From Cyanobacteriota bacterium (GTDB lineage: Bacteria; Cyanobacteriota; Cyanobacteriia; Thermostichales; Thermostichaceae): 64,000 nucleotides of DNA. Position 1 is the first letter of the stretch. Each line of letters begins with the position of its first letter. Below, piece by piece: positions 18,969 to 28,834 of the stretch. The stretch lies in contig JANRIL010000024.1 in NCBI GenBank assembly GCA_033764955.1, positions 64,001 to 128,000 of the forward strand. Direction: 5' to 3'. A model generated the notes under the pieces. That model was not told the origin of the DNA and ran no database searches. It saw only the letters and a list, made by a program, of their open reading frames with translations. A program made the position numbers and the translations under genes.

Positions 18969-20534
18969 ATGGAGCAGCCACGGCGCTCGTTACTATCGAT
19001 TGCGGGGTTAGTGGCCGCTGCCACCCTCCTTAGTAAAGGGATCGGGTTTATTCGGCAATCTCTGATCGCTGCGACGTTTGGCTCTGGCTCGGATTACAGT
19101 GCCTTTGCGGTGGCTTATGTGCTACCGGGGTTCTTGCTGATCCTCTTGGGGGGAATTAATGGGCCGTTTCACAGCGCCATGATCAGTGTCCTGAAAAAAC
19201 GCACGGATCCTAATCAATCGGATTGGATTGACTCGATCACAACCTTGGTAACCTGTTTGTTGCTGGGGGTCACGGCCCTGCTGATGGTGTTTGCACAACC
19301 ACTGGTGGTACTGATGGCACCAGGAGCCAGTTCAGAGGTGCATCGATTGGCGGCAGAACAGCTACAGATTATGGCTCCCCTGGCGGTTTTTGCCGGATTG
19401 ATCGGCATTGGCTTCGGCACCTTAAACGCCAGAGAGCAATTTTTGTTGCCTGCTTTGAGTCCCCTTTTATCCAGCCTGTTGGTGATTGTTGCGATTGTGA
19501 TCTGGGGTCGCTCCGGCCAGAGTCAGGTCTTAGCTTGGGGAACTTTGGCGGGAGCCGTGGCGCAATGGCTGGTGCAGGTTCCCGTGCAAGCCAGATTGGG
19601 CTTGGGTCAGTTACGAATCTGCTTTGCCTGGGGATCCCCTGAAGTCAAAACGGTGGGTTTACTGATGCTGCCAGCGGTCATTTCCTCCGGCATGGTGCAT
19701 ATCAATGTCTATGTCGATATGTTTTTTGCCTCCTTTGTGCCGGGGGATCGGACGATTGGTAACTTAGGGTATGCCCAGTTGTTGGTGCAAACCCCCCTAG
19801 GGATCCTTTCTAATATGGTGCTGGTTCCCCTAATGCCCCTTTATGCCAGCCTTGCCGTTCCGGATCGCTGGCCGGAGTTCCGCCAACGCATTCGCCAGGG
19901 TGTTGTTTTGACCGCCCTGTTGATCCTACCCATGTCGATGCTCTTATCGGTGTTGGCACAGCCGATTGTGCAGGTGGCCTATGAACGAGGGCGCTTTACC
20001 CCCGACATCACTCAGGAGGTGGCAGCGCTTTTGACCGCCTATGGGGTGGGGATGGTCTTTTATCTGTTGCGGGATGTGGTAGTACGGATTTTTTATGCCT
20101 TGGAGGATGGACAGACTCCGCTGCGGGTTAGCCTGCTGGCGATCTTTTTGAATGCTGGACTGGATTGGGTAGGGCTAAAGCTGTTTGGCGCGCCCGGACT
20201 AGCCTTGGCTACCGCCGGCGTTAATGCCATCGCGCTACTGGTGCTAGGTATTGCCCTACAAAAGCGGTTGGGAGATTTGCCCTGGCAGTCAATCACTAAG
20301 GTTTTGGGGCAGCTTATGGTTATTACCCTGGGATCCGCCACCTGTACCTGGCTGACTTGGCAACAACTGACCGCCTGGGGATCCACCTGGGGGTGGCTGG
20401 GGCATCTGGCGGGAGCCTGTGGAGCGGGAATCATTGGCCTGTTAGTGTTTGGGATAGCCGCCGTATTATTACGGATCCCAGAAGTTCAGGAATTACGGAA
20501 TTATGGCTTAACTCGTCTCCGCAAATCTGAGTAA
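18969..20534 (+). CDS. murJ: Lipid II flippase MurJ
   Basis: ATLLSKGIGFIR, GGINGPFHSA, YERGRF, RIFYALED, GLALAT. Confidence 0.93.
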   Translation: MEQPRRSLLSIAGLVAAATLLSKGIGFIRQSLIAATFGSGSDYSAFAVAYVLPGFLLILLGGINGPFHSAMISVLKKRTDPNQSDWIDSITTLVTCLLLGVTALLMVFAQPLVVLMAPGASSEVHRLAAEQLQIMAPLAVFAGLIGIGFGTLNAREQFLLPALSPLLSSLLVIVAIVIWGRSGQSQVLAWGTLAGAVAQWLVQVPVQARLGLGQLRICFAWGSPEVKTVGLLMLPAVISSGMVHINVYVDMFFASFVPGDRTIGNLGYAQLLVQTPLGILSNMVLVPLMPLYASLAVPDRWPEFRQRIRQGVVLTALLILPMSMLLSVLAQPIVQVAYERGRFTPDITQEVAALLTAYGVGMVFYLLRDVVVRIFYALEDGQTPLRVSLLAIFLNAGLDWVGLKLFGAPGLALATAGVNAIALLVLGIALQKRLGDLPWQSITKVLGQLMVITLGSATCTWLTWQQLTAWGSTWGWLGHLAGACGAGIIGLLVFGIAAVLLRIPEVQELRNYGLTRLRKSE

Positions 20535-20778
20535 GGTCATACCTTTGTCACAAATGTAACGAATCGCAGCATAGAATCACTCATCTTGGCGTGGGATCCC
20601 TGAATGGCAGGTTATTGTCTGACTCAGAAAGGGTAGATTTAACATAATCGGATCCCTCGAATGGCGCTTCTCTACCTCCAAACCGGTTCAGATATACTTA
20701 GAGATAAGAGGTATCAGCCTAGGTTCAATTCGGATCCGGATTATCTGTAGTTCCTGAAGTTTTGTGGGAGAGTCACCG

Positions 20779-21333
20779 ATGACTACTGAACAACCTCCTC
20801 CTAAAGAACCCATCGGGCAAGTTTTCAAACGAGCCGGGCTGCTAAGTGAAGCTCAGGTACAGATAGCCCTGATGGATCAAGCTCAATATGCTGGCACCTT
20901 ATTTGGCGAGATTGTGGTGATGCGCGGGTGGATCAAACCCGAGACCCTGGCCTTTTTCCTAAATACCATCCTACCTACCCTGCAAGCGGCTCAACCCAGC
21001 CAGACCCCACCCTCCACCTCGGCACCTCAGGCAGAGGATCTCTCCCAATATGCTTCAGTGCAAGCTCCCGCCATCAATCGGAGAATGGGTTCGGGAGCAA
21101 CGCCCAAAGCCACCACTCCTCAACCTCCCACTGCTGGCAAAACAACGGCTCAACCGCAAAAAAAGCAAGCGCAGCAGTCCTCCAAAAAGGCAGGCTGGGG
21201 GGGCTTGGATAGCTCGTTGGCGGCGGAACTGCGCTCGATGCGGGTGGAGGGATATGAAGTGGGCAGTGAGGATGAGTCGGAAATGTTGCTTGAGCAAGAT
21301 CTCTCGGAAGACGATTTAAAGAAGCTGCTTTGA
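20779..21333 (+). CDS. MshEN-like N-terminal domain protein with low-complexity tail
   Basis: IGQVFKRAGLLSEAQVQIALMDQ..FGEIVVMRGWI tandem motif; Pro/Gln/Ala linker and acidic C-terminus. Confidence 0.7.
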   Translation: MTTEQPPPKEPIGQVFKRAGLLSEAQVQIALMDQAQYAGTLFGEIVVMRGWIKPETLAFFLNTILPTLQAAQPSQTPPSTSAPQAEDLSQYASVQAPAINRRMGSGATPKATTPQPPTAGKTTAQPQKKQAQQSSKKAGWGGLDSSLAAELRSMRVEGYEVGSEDESEMLLEQDLSEDDLKKLL

Positions 21334-21433
21334 CCGAGAAGATATCCGGTCGAAATCTCCAAAAGATCCCATTGACCGCTTCCTGCTAGGCTAACAAAGC
21401 CCAGATACCAGCCTACTTGTGGGTTACGTTGCT

Positions 21434-22066
21434 ATGCCAATCGGACTAACTCGCCGTGTTCGCAATCATGTCAACCCATTTCATGTTCAGTATCAAACGG
21501 CAGCGGAACCTCCCCACTGGGAAAGGATTTATGCCCAGTTGGCTCAGCCCTTTCATCTGGATATTGGCACTGGCTGTGGGCGATTTTTGCTGGCGATGGC
21601 TGAGCAGCAACCCGACTGGAATTTTTTGGGGGTAGAAATTCGCCAACCCCTCGTCGAAAGAGCCAATCAGTGGAGACAGGAGCTACATCTGACGAACCTG
21701 CATTTTTTGGCCGCCAATATCAACGTGTCCCTGCGTTCCCTGTTTGCCCCCCAGGATCTCAGCTTGGTGACTATTCAGTTTCCTGATCCCTGGTTTAAGA
21801 AACGTCACCAAAAACGACGGGTGGTACAACCGACCCTCGTTGCGGATCTGGCTCTGTTGTTGCGTAGTGGGGGATCCGTATTTCTGCAATCGGATATCGC
21901 CCCCGTAGCCGAAGAGATGGCGGAGCGATTTAGCCAGCATCCCGCCTTTATCAACCCTAACTCCCATCCCCTTGACCACAACCCGCTAGGGATCCCTACC
22001 CAGCGGGAGAGCCAATGTGTGCGGCTGGGATTACCCATCTATCGCTACTGGTTTGATCGTCTGTGA
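21434..22066 (+). CDS. trmB: tRNA (guanine-N7)-methyltransferase
   Basis: RVRNHVNP, DIGTGCG, GVEIR, QFPDPWFKKRHQKRR. Confidence 0.95.
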   Translation: MPIGLTRRVRNHVNPFHVQYQTAAEPPHWERIYAQLAQPFHLDIGTGCGRFLLAMAEQQPDWNFLGVEIRQPLVERANQWRQELHLTNLHFLAANINVSLRSLFAPQDLSLVTIQFPDPWFKKRHQKRRVVQPTLVADLALLLRSGGSVFLQSDIAPVAEEMAERFSQHPAFINPNSHPLDHNPLGIPTQRESQCVRLGLPIYRYWFDRL

Positions 22067-22173
22067 TCCCTGCCAATAGTCCTGCTGCTTGCCTTTCGCC
22101 CAGAGGTGGGTTATCACCAGGGAATTCTTATTCACCCTGGCTCATTCCCTCTCCAGTTATTTGAGGATTCATC

Positions 22174-23262
22174 ATGCGGCGGCGGCATCTATTGCAGTGG
22201 GGAGCTTTCGGGGGATCCCTCTGGCTGGGGGGATCCGTGATGTCCCAGCAGCTATCGGGCACCGAGATCCTGGAGGGGGCTTTCCCTCTTCTGGATCTGA
22301 GGGATTTTTCCCAGCCTCTCCCCGCCCATTGGCTAACCGAAACCTCGGCGTTTTATGTGCAGTCAGCTTTTGGCACCCCAGAGGTGGATCTGGACACTTG
22401 GCGCTTAACGATTGATGGGTTAGTAAAGCAATCCCTGAGTTTCACCCTAGCGGAGATTCAGGCTGAGCCTGCCGAAGACTTTTATTGGACGCTCCAGTGT
22501 ATCGGCAATCCTGCCGGAGGAGAATTGATTGGCAATGCTCTCTGGAGGGGGTGTCGTCTTTTGCCCCTGCTTGAGCGGGTCGGCATCCCTTCCACTACGC
22601 CTGCCTTTGCTTTGCATGGGGCGGATGGCTATGTAACGGCTCTTCCCACCGCCAGCCTGCTTCACCCTGATGTGCGGTTGGCCTATCGCATGAATGGGGA
22701 TCCCTTACCTGCCCAACATGGCGCTCCCCTGCGTGTCTTCATCCCTGGCAAATATGGACAAAAACAACCGAAATGGCTGACCCAGATCACCGGCATCCCC
22801 AGTTGGCAAAAAGGGCATTGGGAACGCTTAGGTTGGTCAAATGAAGCGAATATCCTCACCCAAGCCTTGCCCCGACAACTTCAGTCGATGGCAGACCCTC
22901 CTCCTTCTCCCGCCTTATCTAAGGGGCAGCGGGTTTCCCAAAAAGTCTCTCGTCTCACCCTACCCACAGGGCGAATTGTTCTGGCTGGGGTGGCGCTGGC
23001 TAGTGGGCAGGCCATCTCGCAGGTTTTGGTGAGTGCGGATGGAGGCACCACCTGGCAGATTGCCAACCAAAATCAGCCCGATACTCCCTACGAGTGGACG
23101 CTCTGGCGTTACGCTTGGTCATTGCCGGAGGTCGGGAACTATGAATTGATGGCGCGAGCGGTTACTCCTGACGGAGCACAGCAACCGTTGAACGACATTA
23201 TTCCCTTTGATGGGACGAACGCGGTGTTGCGGATCCGCCTCAAGTTGGTGGATAGCCCGTAG
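22174..23262 (+). CDS. Sulfite oxidase-family molybdopterin oxidoreductase, probably Tat-exported
   Basis: MRRRHLL leader, TLQCIGN, IGNALWRG, HGAPLR..PGKYGQKQPKW, SADGGTTW. Confidence 0.88.
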   Translation: MRRRHLLQWGAFGGSLWLGGSVMSQQLSGTEILEGAFPLLDLRDFSQPLPAHWLTETSAFYVQSAFGTPEVDLDTWRLTIDGLVKQSLSFTLAEIQAEPAEDFYWTLQCIGNPAGGELIGNALWRGCRLLPLLERVGIPSTTPAFALHGADGYVTALPTASLLHPDVRLAYRMNGDPLPAQHGAPLRVFIPGKYGQKQPKWLTQITGIPSWQKGHWERLGWSNEANILTQALPRQLQSMADPPPSPALSKGQRVSQKVSRLTLPTGRIVLAGVALASGQAISQVLVSADGGTTWQIANQNQPDTPYEWTLWRYAWSLPEVGNYELMARAVTPDGAQQPLNDIIPFDGTNAVLRIRLKLVDSP

Positions 23263-23380
23263 ATGAGGGGTAAATCCCTGCAACGCCTCTGGGTGTGATG
23301 GCTGTAGATTTCTGTATCTGTGCGGATCCCGCTTGTCCTGCAATATGCCAGGATGCAACTAAGGATCTGGGTATCAACCT

Positions 23381-23647
23381 ATGCTTTCTGGCTCATCACC
23401 TGACCCTGTTCGTCAAAAGGCTTTAGCCGCCCTCACGGCTGAGCTGACCGCCCAAGGACACCCCAGTCCGTATGCCCAGCAGATGGCCGCCGCCCTTATC
23501 TTTCAGGCAGACCTAGACTTGTGCAGCGCTCAATTGGCTCGCTTGCTAGCTTGGCTGAAAGAGCAGCACCATCAGATTTATCCCGATGCGCTGGCTCTGG
23601 TCAACCAAACCCGTGAGGAGTTTGAACGGCGGGTACAAAACGGCTAA
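23381..23647 (+). CDS. Hypothetical protein
   Basis: 88-aa helical ORF filling the gap; no motif recognised. Confidence 0.6.
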   Translation: MLSGSSPDPVRQKALAALTAELTAQGHPSPYAQQMAAALIFQADLDLCSAQLARLLAWLKEQHHQIYPDALALVNQTREEFERRVQNG

Positions 23648-23674
23648 GCACTACTCGTTTAGGGATCCTCCCCC

Positions 23675-24397
23675 TCAGCGATCGGCGCAATAGCGATAGC
23701 CCGCTTGCGGTACACCCGTTTCTCCCGCTACATCTAAAAAACTGGAGGGAAGAGAGCGCATGGGATGGTGGGTAATCACGCTGTAGTGGAGATGAGGCAC
23801 TCCATTGCGAGAAACCCCGCTCCTGCCGATCACCTGTCCCGCCCGCACCGCTTGATGCCGCTTTACCGTAACACTACTCAAGTGTCCGTAGAGGGTACGC
23901 ACCTGGGGAGTATGGTCAATCACAATCGCCATGCCATCCCCACGGTTGGATTCAATCACGCCAATTTGCCCCGCTGCCGCCGCCGTGATTAGGGATCCCC
24001 TCTGCATGCCAAAATCCCAGGCATAGCGGTTGGAGGGGAGATAGTGGCTATAGGAGCCGTGGTTCCCTTGCAAAACAGGATGACACTGCCGACGGGGAAA
24101 GGGTAATTGATAGCCCCGCCACACCTCTGGATCAAGCAAAGCCCGCAGTTTTTCTCGATAGTTTTGCAGGGATCCCCTCTGCCTAGGGGGATAAGCCCGA
24201 ATCATCTGATCCACCAAGTCAATAGAGGCTTGCCATTGCTGCTGTCCTACCGCCTGCTGAAGTTGGGCTTGTAGCTGTTGAGTGGAAGCAGCGAATCCTT
24301 GTGTAGCCAGATAAAAAGCCCCTAACACACCACATAACATAGCTAGCCAACCGTTAACCCTCCGGAATAGGGTGGAGGAATTGTTAATATCTTTCAT
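23675..24397 (-). CDS. M23 family metallopeptidase
   Basis: AWDF, AAAAG, TLYGHL, GQVIGRSG, PHLHY; N-terminal signal/TM. Confidence 0.85.
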   Translation of the reverse strand: MKDINNSSTLFRRVNGWLAMLCGVLGAFYLATQGFAASTQQLQAQLQQAVGQQQWQASIDLVDQMIRAYPPRQRGSLQNYREKLRALLDPEVWRGYQLPFPRRQCHPVLQGNHGSYSHYLPSNRYAWDFGMQRGSLITAAAAGQIGVIESNRGDGMAIVIDHTPQVRTLYGHLSSVTVKRHQAVRAGQVIGRSGVSRNGVPHLHYSVITHHPMRSLPSSFLDVAGETGVPQAGYRYCADR

Positions 24398-24499
24398 AGC
24401 TAGTTAGTCTTTGCTTTTTGGGGATGTCTTGCGGATTTTATTCTTACCAAATACAACTCATCAATACATCATTGGCAAACTGAGCCGAAATATCTAATC

Positions 24500-25138
24500 A
24501 TGAATGCCGATCACCCAGAGCAGCTTGAGGTTTCTCAGGAACCTTTTCCTTCAATCCCCCTTCAGCAAGGGGATCCCTTGGCCATCCAAACCTGGCTCAA
24601 TCAGCAATTAACCTCCCGTGATTTGACGATCACCGCCAAACGGCAGGGGCAGGAGCTACGCCTGTTGCTGGAGTCTCCTCAGTTATTGGGGGCTGAGCCG
24701 CTCACCACCCAGATCCAGGAACTTCTCAAGAGCCTACAAACCGACTCCATTGCTCAGGTTTGGCTCTACGGCAAACAACTGGAGGATCCGATTCCCAACT
24801 GGCACTCCTCTTTTGAACTGCCCACCGATTTACCCGCCAAACCCCCTAGCAAAATTGAATTGGCTAAACAGGGGGATCCCCAGGCATTTCAACAAATTTT
24901 AGACTACTTATTGCTGTCGGAAGGATGTTCCAGCAAGATCCATCTGAATCGCCAAGTGGGATCGATGCAGGTGATCATTCAGGGGGAAGAGGTGCCCGAT
25001 CAAGCTCGTCTCACCGATCTGGTCTACAAAACCCTAACCCGCCTTGACCTGAAATTTGTCAAAAAACTCAGGATCGCTGGACAAAAACGTGGCTCTTTCT
25101 TCCCCAGTTGGAGTGGCGATCTCGATACCCGCCTTTAG
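24500..25138 (+). CDS. Hypothetical protein with internal duplication
   Basis: Two repeats QQGDPLAIQ.. / KQGDPQAFQ.., each ending in (Y/I)xGxx..P.W. Confidence 0.7.
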   Translation: MNADHPEQLEVSQEPFPSIPLQQGDPLAIQTWLNQQLTSRDLTITAKRQGQELRLLLESPQLLGAEPLTTQIQELLKSLQTDSIAQVWLYGKQLEDPIPNWHSSFELPTDLPAKPPSKIELAKQGDPQAFQQILDYLLLSEGCSSKIHLNRQVGSMQVIIQGEEVPDQARLTDLVYKTLTRLDLKFVKKLRIAGQKRGSFFPSWSGDLDTRL

Positions 25139-25351
25139 GCTAGTTTTCGTCCGAAGTCAGAGGGATTTCCAAGACTGCCAAAATTCTCCGCGAGGGAACA
25201 TCGGGCTGGGAGAGATCCGGATCCCCTGAGACAGCGTATTCTTTGGAAAGTGCTTCGTGCATGAAACACTGGCCGCTCATCTGTCAGCCTAAGCATACTC
25301 TTGGCGTTAGGGTGAGGTGGAGTCACAAAGGATGGGAGGAAAATTCTGCCT

Positions 25352-25894
25352 ATGTCAGGATCTGTTGGGGCATCCCCTCGCTCGACTGCCTTTTGGTCGA
25401 TTTGCCGCCGCGTTTATTTGGTTTGGGCTGTGATTGTGTTGGGGGGGTTTGTGGCTACCCATTTTTATCAGGCGGCTGGAGCTAACTGGTTTTGGCTGAT
25501 ACTTTCCTTAATGGGGTTGGGTTATATGATGCGACAAACCCAGTTGCCAGAGTTTCACAAAGCCGGACTGGCTCACCTGTTTTATGTGGCGATGGTCTGG
25601 ACACTCACCATTGCCCTGGGCATGGTGATTTCGGTGATCCCATTTCTTAATACCAACCCCCTCACCCCCTTGAGCCTCTATCTGGGGGCGTTTTGGTTGT
25701 TTCAGATGGGAACCGGACACCTCTTGAATGGGATGGTGGATCCTCCCCGTCAAATTTATTGGTTGACAGGAGGATTGCAGTATGTCGCGGGTGGGTTGTG
25801 TTTGGGGATCCCGGCCTTGTTGTCTTGGCAGTATCTTTTGGCCGGTGTAGTGGGAGGATTGGCGATGATCCTCTTGATTGTTTTGAGGCGTTAA
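25352..25894 (+). CDS. Membrane protein
   Basis: About six hydrophobic segments in 180 aa. Confidence 0.7.
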   Translation: MSGSVGASPRSTAFWSICRRVYLVWAVIVLGGFVATHFYQAAGANWFWLILSLMGLGYMMRQTQLPEFHKAGLAHLFYVAMVWTLTIALGMVISVIPFLNTNPLTPLSLYLGAFWLFQMGTGHLLNGMVDPPRQIYWLTGGLQYVAGGLCLGIPALLSWQYLLAGVVGGLAMILLIVLRR

Positions 25895-26910
25895 AACCTT
25901 GCCCAGGCTTTGATTAAGGATTTAATTGTTGATAACAGTGTAGGGGGAGCTGCCGATTCTGGCACATATTCGGGCAAAAAGTCTGAAGCAGGATCAAAGC
26001 GAATTTTTGAGATCTCAAACACAGAAAAGGATCCTCCCTTTGTGGGCAACTGCAGACCATTTCTATCTCCCACCAAAACTTTATCCTTGATCATTTCATA
26101 AACTGGCTCCGAAACCAATAAACTACTGCTCACTCCATGATTAGCCAGTTCAACTCGTCCGGCAAAGTTAATCGAATTTCCCACTGCCACTATCTTCGTA
26201 GAATCGTGAGGATCTACATAAATCAAGACAGCAGATCCGTAGTGAATGCCAATACTGAGGCTGATTTTTCGGTAGGACAGTTGTTGAAGTGTTTCGTTTA
26301 ATTCATTGACAGATTCAATCATTTCCAGTCCAGCTCGAATAGCTTTTTCTACAGAGCTATCTGATTTTTTTTGAGGCTGATCAATTCCAAAGAGGGCGGA
26401 CAAACGCAAGCCCATATAACCATTAATAACTCCACCATGCTGATGAATGACAGATTTCATACGGTAGTAATAACGACCCAATGTATAGATCATGTCATAG
26501 GGAAAATTAACCTCATCAAAATTAGTCAGTCCACGAATACTAGCAGAGAGAATAGCCACTGTTTTTTTTGTGCCAATGGAACCGACAGCCACTTGGTTTT
26601 TGACAACTTCAATATCTTCGTTATCAATGACTAAACGCTGAATAGAAATGTCTCCTTTTACTTTCGTCTGGCAGGCTAAACGAATATGAACAGGCAGGTC
26701 TAATTTCTCAGCTAAGACTTTCTCAGATGGAGTCATAATCGTACAATTCTCGATGCCATCTAGGATCATCACCCGACAGGTGGAGCAAATAGCGTTGCCA
26801 CCACAGGCATGAACGTGACGAATCTCTTGACTGAGCAATGATTGTAAAATAGTTTGGTATGGGCTAGCTTCGACAACAATATTGTCCGGTGAGCAGTTAA
26901 TGGTAGGCAT
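25891..26910 (-). CDS. 2Fe-2S ferredoxin fused to class III adenylate/guanylate cyclase domain (degenerate active site)
   Basis: HACGGNAICSTC..RLACQ; cyclase motifs ILSASIRGLT, HGGVINGYMG, IGIHYG, GNSINFAGRVE. Confidence 0.85.
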   Translation of the reverse strand: MPTINCSPDNIVVEASPYQTILQSLLSQEIRHVHACGGNAICSTCRVMILDGIENCTIMTPSEKVLAEKLDLPVHIRLACQTKVKGDISIQRLVIDNEDIEVVKNQVAVGSIGTKKTVAILSASIRGLTNFDEVNFPYDMIYTLGRYYYRMKSVIHQHGGVINGYMGLRLSALFGIDQPQKKSDSSVEKAIRAGLEMIESVNELNETLQQLSYRKISLSIGIHYGSAVLIYVDPHDSTKIVAVGNSINFAGRVELANHGVSSSLLVSEPVYEMIKDKVLVGDRNGLQLPTKGGSFSVFEISKIRFDPASDFLPEYVPESAAPPTLLSTIKSLIKAWARF

Positions 26911-27090
26911 ATCTATAATCCCCTCTTAAATAGATTGATTTTAACACATCAAAATCAATTCACACCCATAATTTATACCAACTCTAAAAAGAGATTCCAC
27001 CGTAAAGTCAAACTCTATTTTCCAAAACAATCTGGCTTAACATCCCCATACCTATGCTACTTTTTTTCAGGGAGCATCTTTCCACAAACT

Positions 27091-27582
27091 ATGCTGATTC
27101 GTCCTGCTCAATCCTCTGATGTTGCAGCCATCCTTGATATCTATAACGAAGCAGTTCTAAACACCACTGCTAGTTATGAGTATCAACCCCGTTCTTTTGC
27201 TTTACAAATGGACTGGTTTGCCGAGCACAAAGAATCGGGTTACCCCATTATTGTCGCTGAAAATACTGAGACTCAAATTTTGGGATGGGGATCCCTGAGC
27301 CGCTATCACAGCCGTTGGGGATATCGCTTTACAGTGGAAGACTCCATTTATGTGGCGGTGGGATCCCGTGGTCAAGGCATTGGGAAGATGCTTTTGGGTC
27401 GTTTGATCACATCGGCTCAAGAGCGCCAGTTTCATACCATTGTGGCCGCTATTGATGCTGCTAATATGGTTAGCCGCAAACTGCACGAAAAATTTGGGTT
27501 TATTCAGGTCGGATGTTTGCGTGAGGTCGGATATAAATTTGATCGATGGCTAGATGTTGCCTACATGCAGTTGTTGCTTTAG
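27091..27582 (+). CDS. GNAT acetyltransferase (phosphinothricin/methionine sulfoximine type)
   Basis: ILDIYNEAV.NTTASYE, TVEDSIYV, RGQGIG, VGYKFDRWLD. Confidence 0.9.
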   Translation: MLIRPAQSSDVAAILDIYNEAVLNTTASYEYQPRSFALQMDWFAEHKESGYPIIVAENTETQILGWGSLSRYHSRWGYRFTVEDSIYVAVGSRGQGIGKMLLGRLITSAQERQFHTIVAAIDAANMVSRKLHEKFGFIQVGCLREVGYKFDRWLDVAYMQLLL

Positions 27583-27741
27583 TCTTATCAACCCATCAAG
27601 CAGCATGGAAATACACCCACTGTTTTTCAATACAAATTCAACCGGAATTGAGCTTATGAATAGGGTTGCTTCCCGAAATTGTTTCCTATATTTCGCGGAT
27701 AATTTTCCCATTCCTTTCTCCAATTCCAGTAGCATAGAAGG

Positions 27742-28181
27742 GAAGAGATAGCAGGGGCAGGTGATCGCGTCCTAATTTTTTAGGATGAGGAAAGTCCGGG
27801 CACCCTGAAGAACACATCGCTGGAGAAACTTCCAGTGCGGGTAACCGTGAGGATAGTGCCACAGAAACATACCGCCGATGGCAGCGTGTCTGCACAGGTA
27901 AGGGTGCAATGGTGGGGCGCAAGCTTAATGTAAGAGCCCACCAGCAACATCGAGAGGTGTTGGCTTGGTAAACCCCGATGGGGTGCAAGGCCGCAACAGC
28001 AGGAACATGGCTGTTCTTCGTCCCTGTCTGTTGCACCATCGTGATCAGAGGGATCCCTTCTGACTCAACGATGGTGAAGGTGTGCCGCAAGAGGTTGGTG
28101 GTAACATCAATCCCAGATAGATGATCGCCCATGTTCAGTTTGAACACCGACAGAACCCGGCTTACAACCTGCTGTCTCTTC
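27742..28181 (+). ncRNA. rnpB: RNase P RNA, type A
   Basis: GAGGAAAGTCCGGGC, AGTGCCACAGAAA, GGTAAACCCC, AGATAGATGATC, ACAGAACCCGGCTTA; P1 GAAGAGATAGCAGG/CCTGCTGTCTCTTC. Confidence 0.97.
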
Positions 28182-28198
28182 GTCTCAAGTTTATTATG

Positions 28199-28230
28199 AA
28201 AAACCCCCCCTATTCAAAAGATAGGAGGGA
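28199..28230 (-). terminator. Probable hspA terminator
   Basis: A-run then CCCCCCCTAT..ATAGGAGGGA imperfect stem. Confidence 0.45.
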
Positions 28231-28320
28231 TGTGGTTGGATGAGTCTCTCAGAAATTATTTAGATAGAGATGCCTTGCTCATTAGAAAAATTTCAAGGCC
28301 GTTTTAGAGATACTGAAGCT

Positions 28321-28356
28321 CTCCATTGACTTATCAGTCTCCATTGACTTATCAGA
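28321..28356. repeat. 18-bp tandem duplication
   Basis: CTCCATTGACTTATCAG(T/A) twice. Confidence 0.85.
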
Positions 28357-28396
28357 CAGTGAGAGCAAGCAGTAAGAGCAGGGAGTCAGAAGCTAA

Positions 28397-28834
28397 TTAG
28401 GCAATGCTCACTTTCACCACTCTATTTTTTTCTGCTTCCGCCTTTGGCAGCGTCAAGGTGAGGATCCCATCTTTATAGTCAGCTTGCACTTTGTCGTTTT
28501 GGATTCTCACATTGAGGGGGATAACTCTTTGGAATCGTCCATAACGAAACTCGGTGCGAGTCATGCCTTTTTCTTCAGTTTTGATCTCAGATTTGCGCTC
28601 CCCAGCAATAGAAACCGCCTCAGTAGTGACCTGAATATCAAGATCTTTGGCATCAATACCAGGGATTTCTAGCTTGAGATGTAACGCTTCTGTGGTTTCC
28701 TGCATCTCCGCAGCCGGAATAAAGTGAACACCATTTTCTCTTGTGGTCGCAGGAGCTAAACGCTCGAATAGCCGGTTCATCTCTCGCTGAATCTCATCAA
28801 CTTCTCGGAAGGGTTCCCAACGAATTAGAGCCAT
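28397..28834 (-). CDS. hspA: Small heat shock protein Hsp20
   Basis: MALIRWEPFRE, FIPAAE, TEFRYGRFQRVIPL, YKDGILTLTLPK. Confidence 0.93.
   Translation of the reverse strand: MALIRWEPFREVDEIQREMNRLFERLAPATTRENGVHFIPAAEMQETTEALHLKLEIPGIDAKDLDIQVTTEAVSIAGERKSEIKTEEKGMTRTEFRYGRFQRVIPLNVRIQNDKVQADYKDGILTLTLPKAEAEKNRVVKVSIA

Noticed and set aside
27686..28147. 153-aa minus-strand ORF
   Set aside because: Antisense shadow of rnpB
28321..28356. Tandem repeat as a mini-CRISPR or att site
   Set aside because: Two adjacent copies with no spacer; simple duplication
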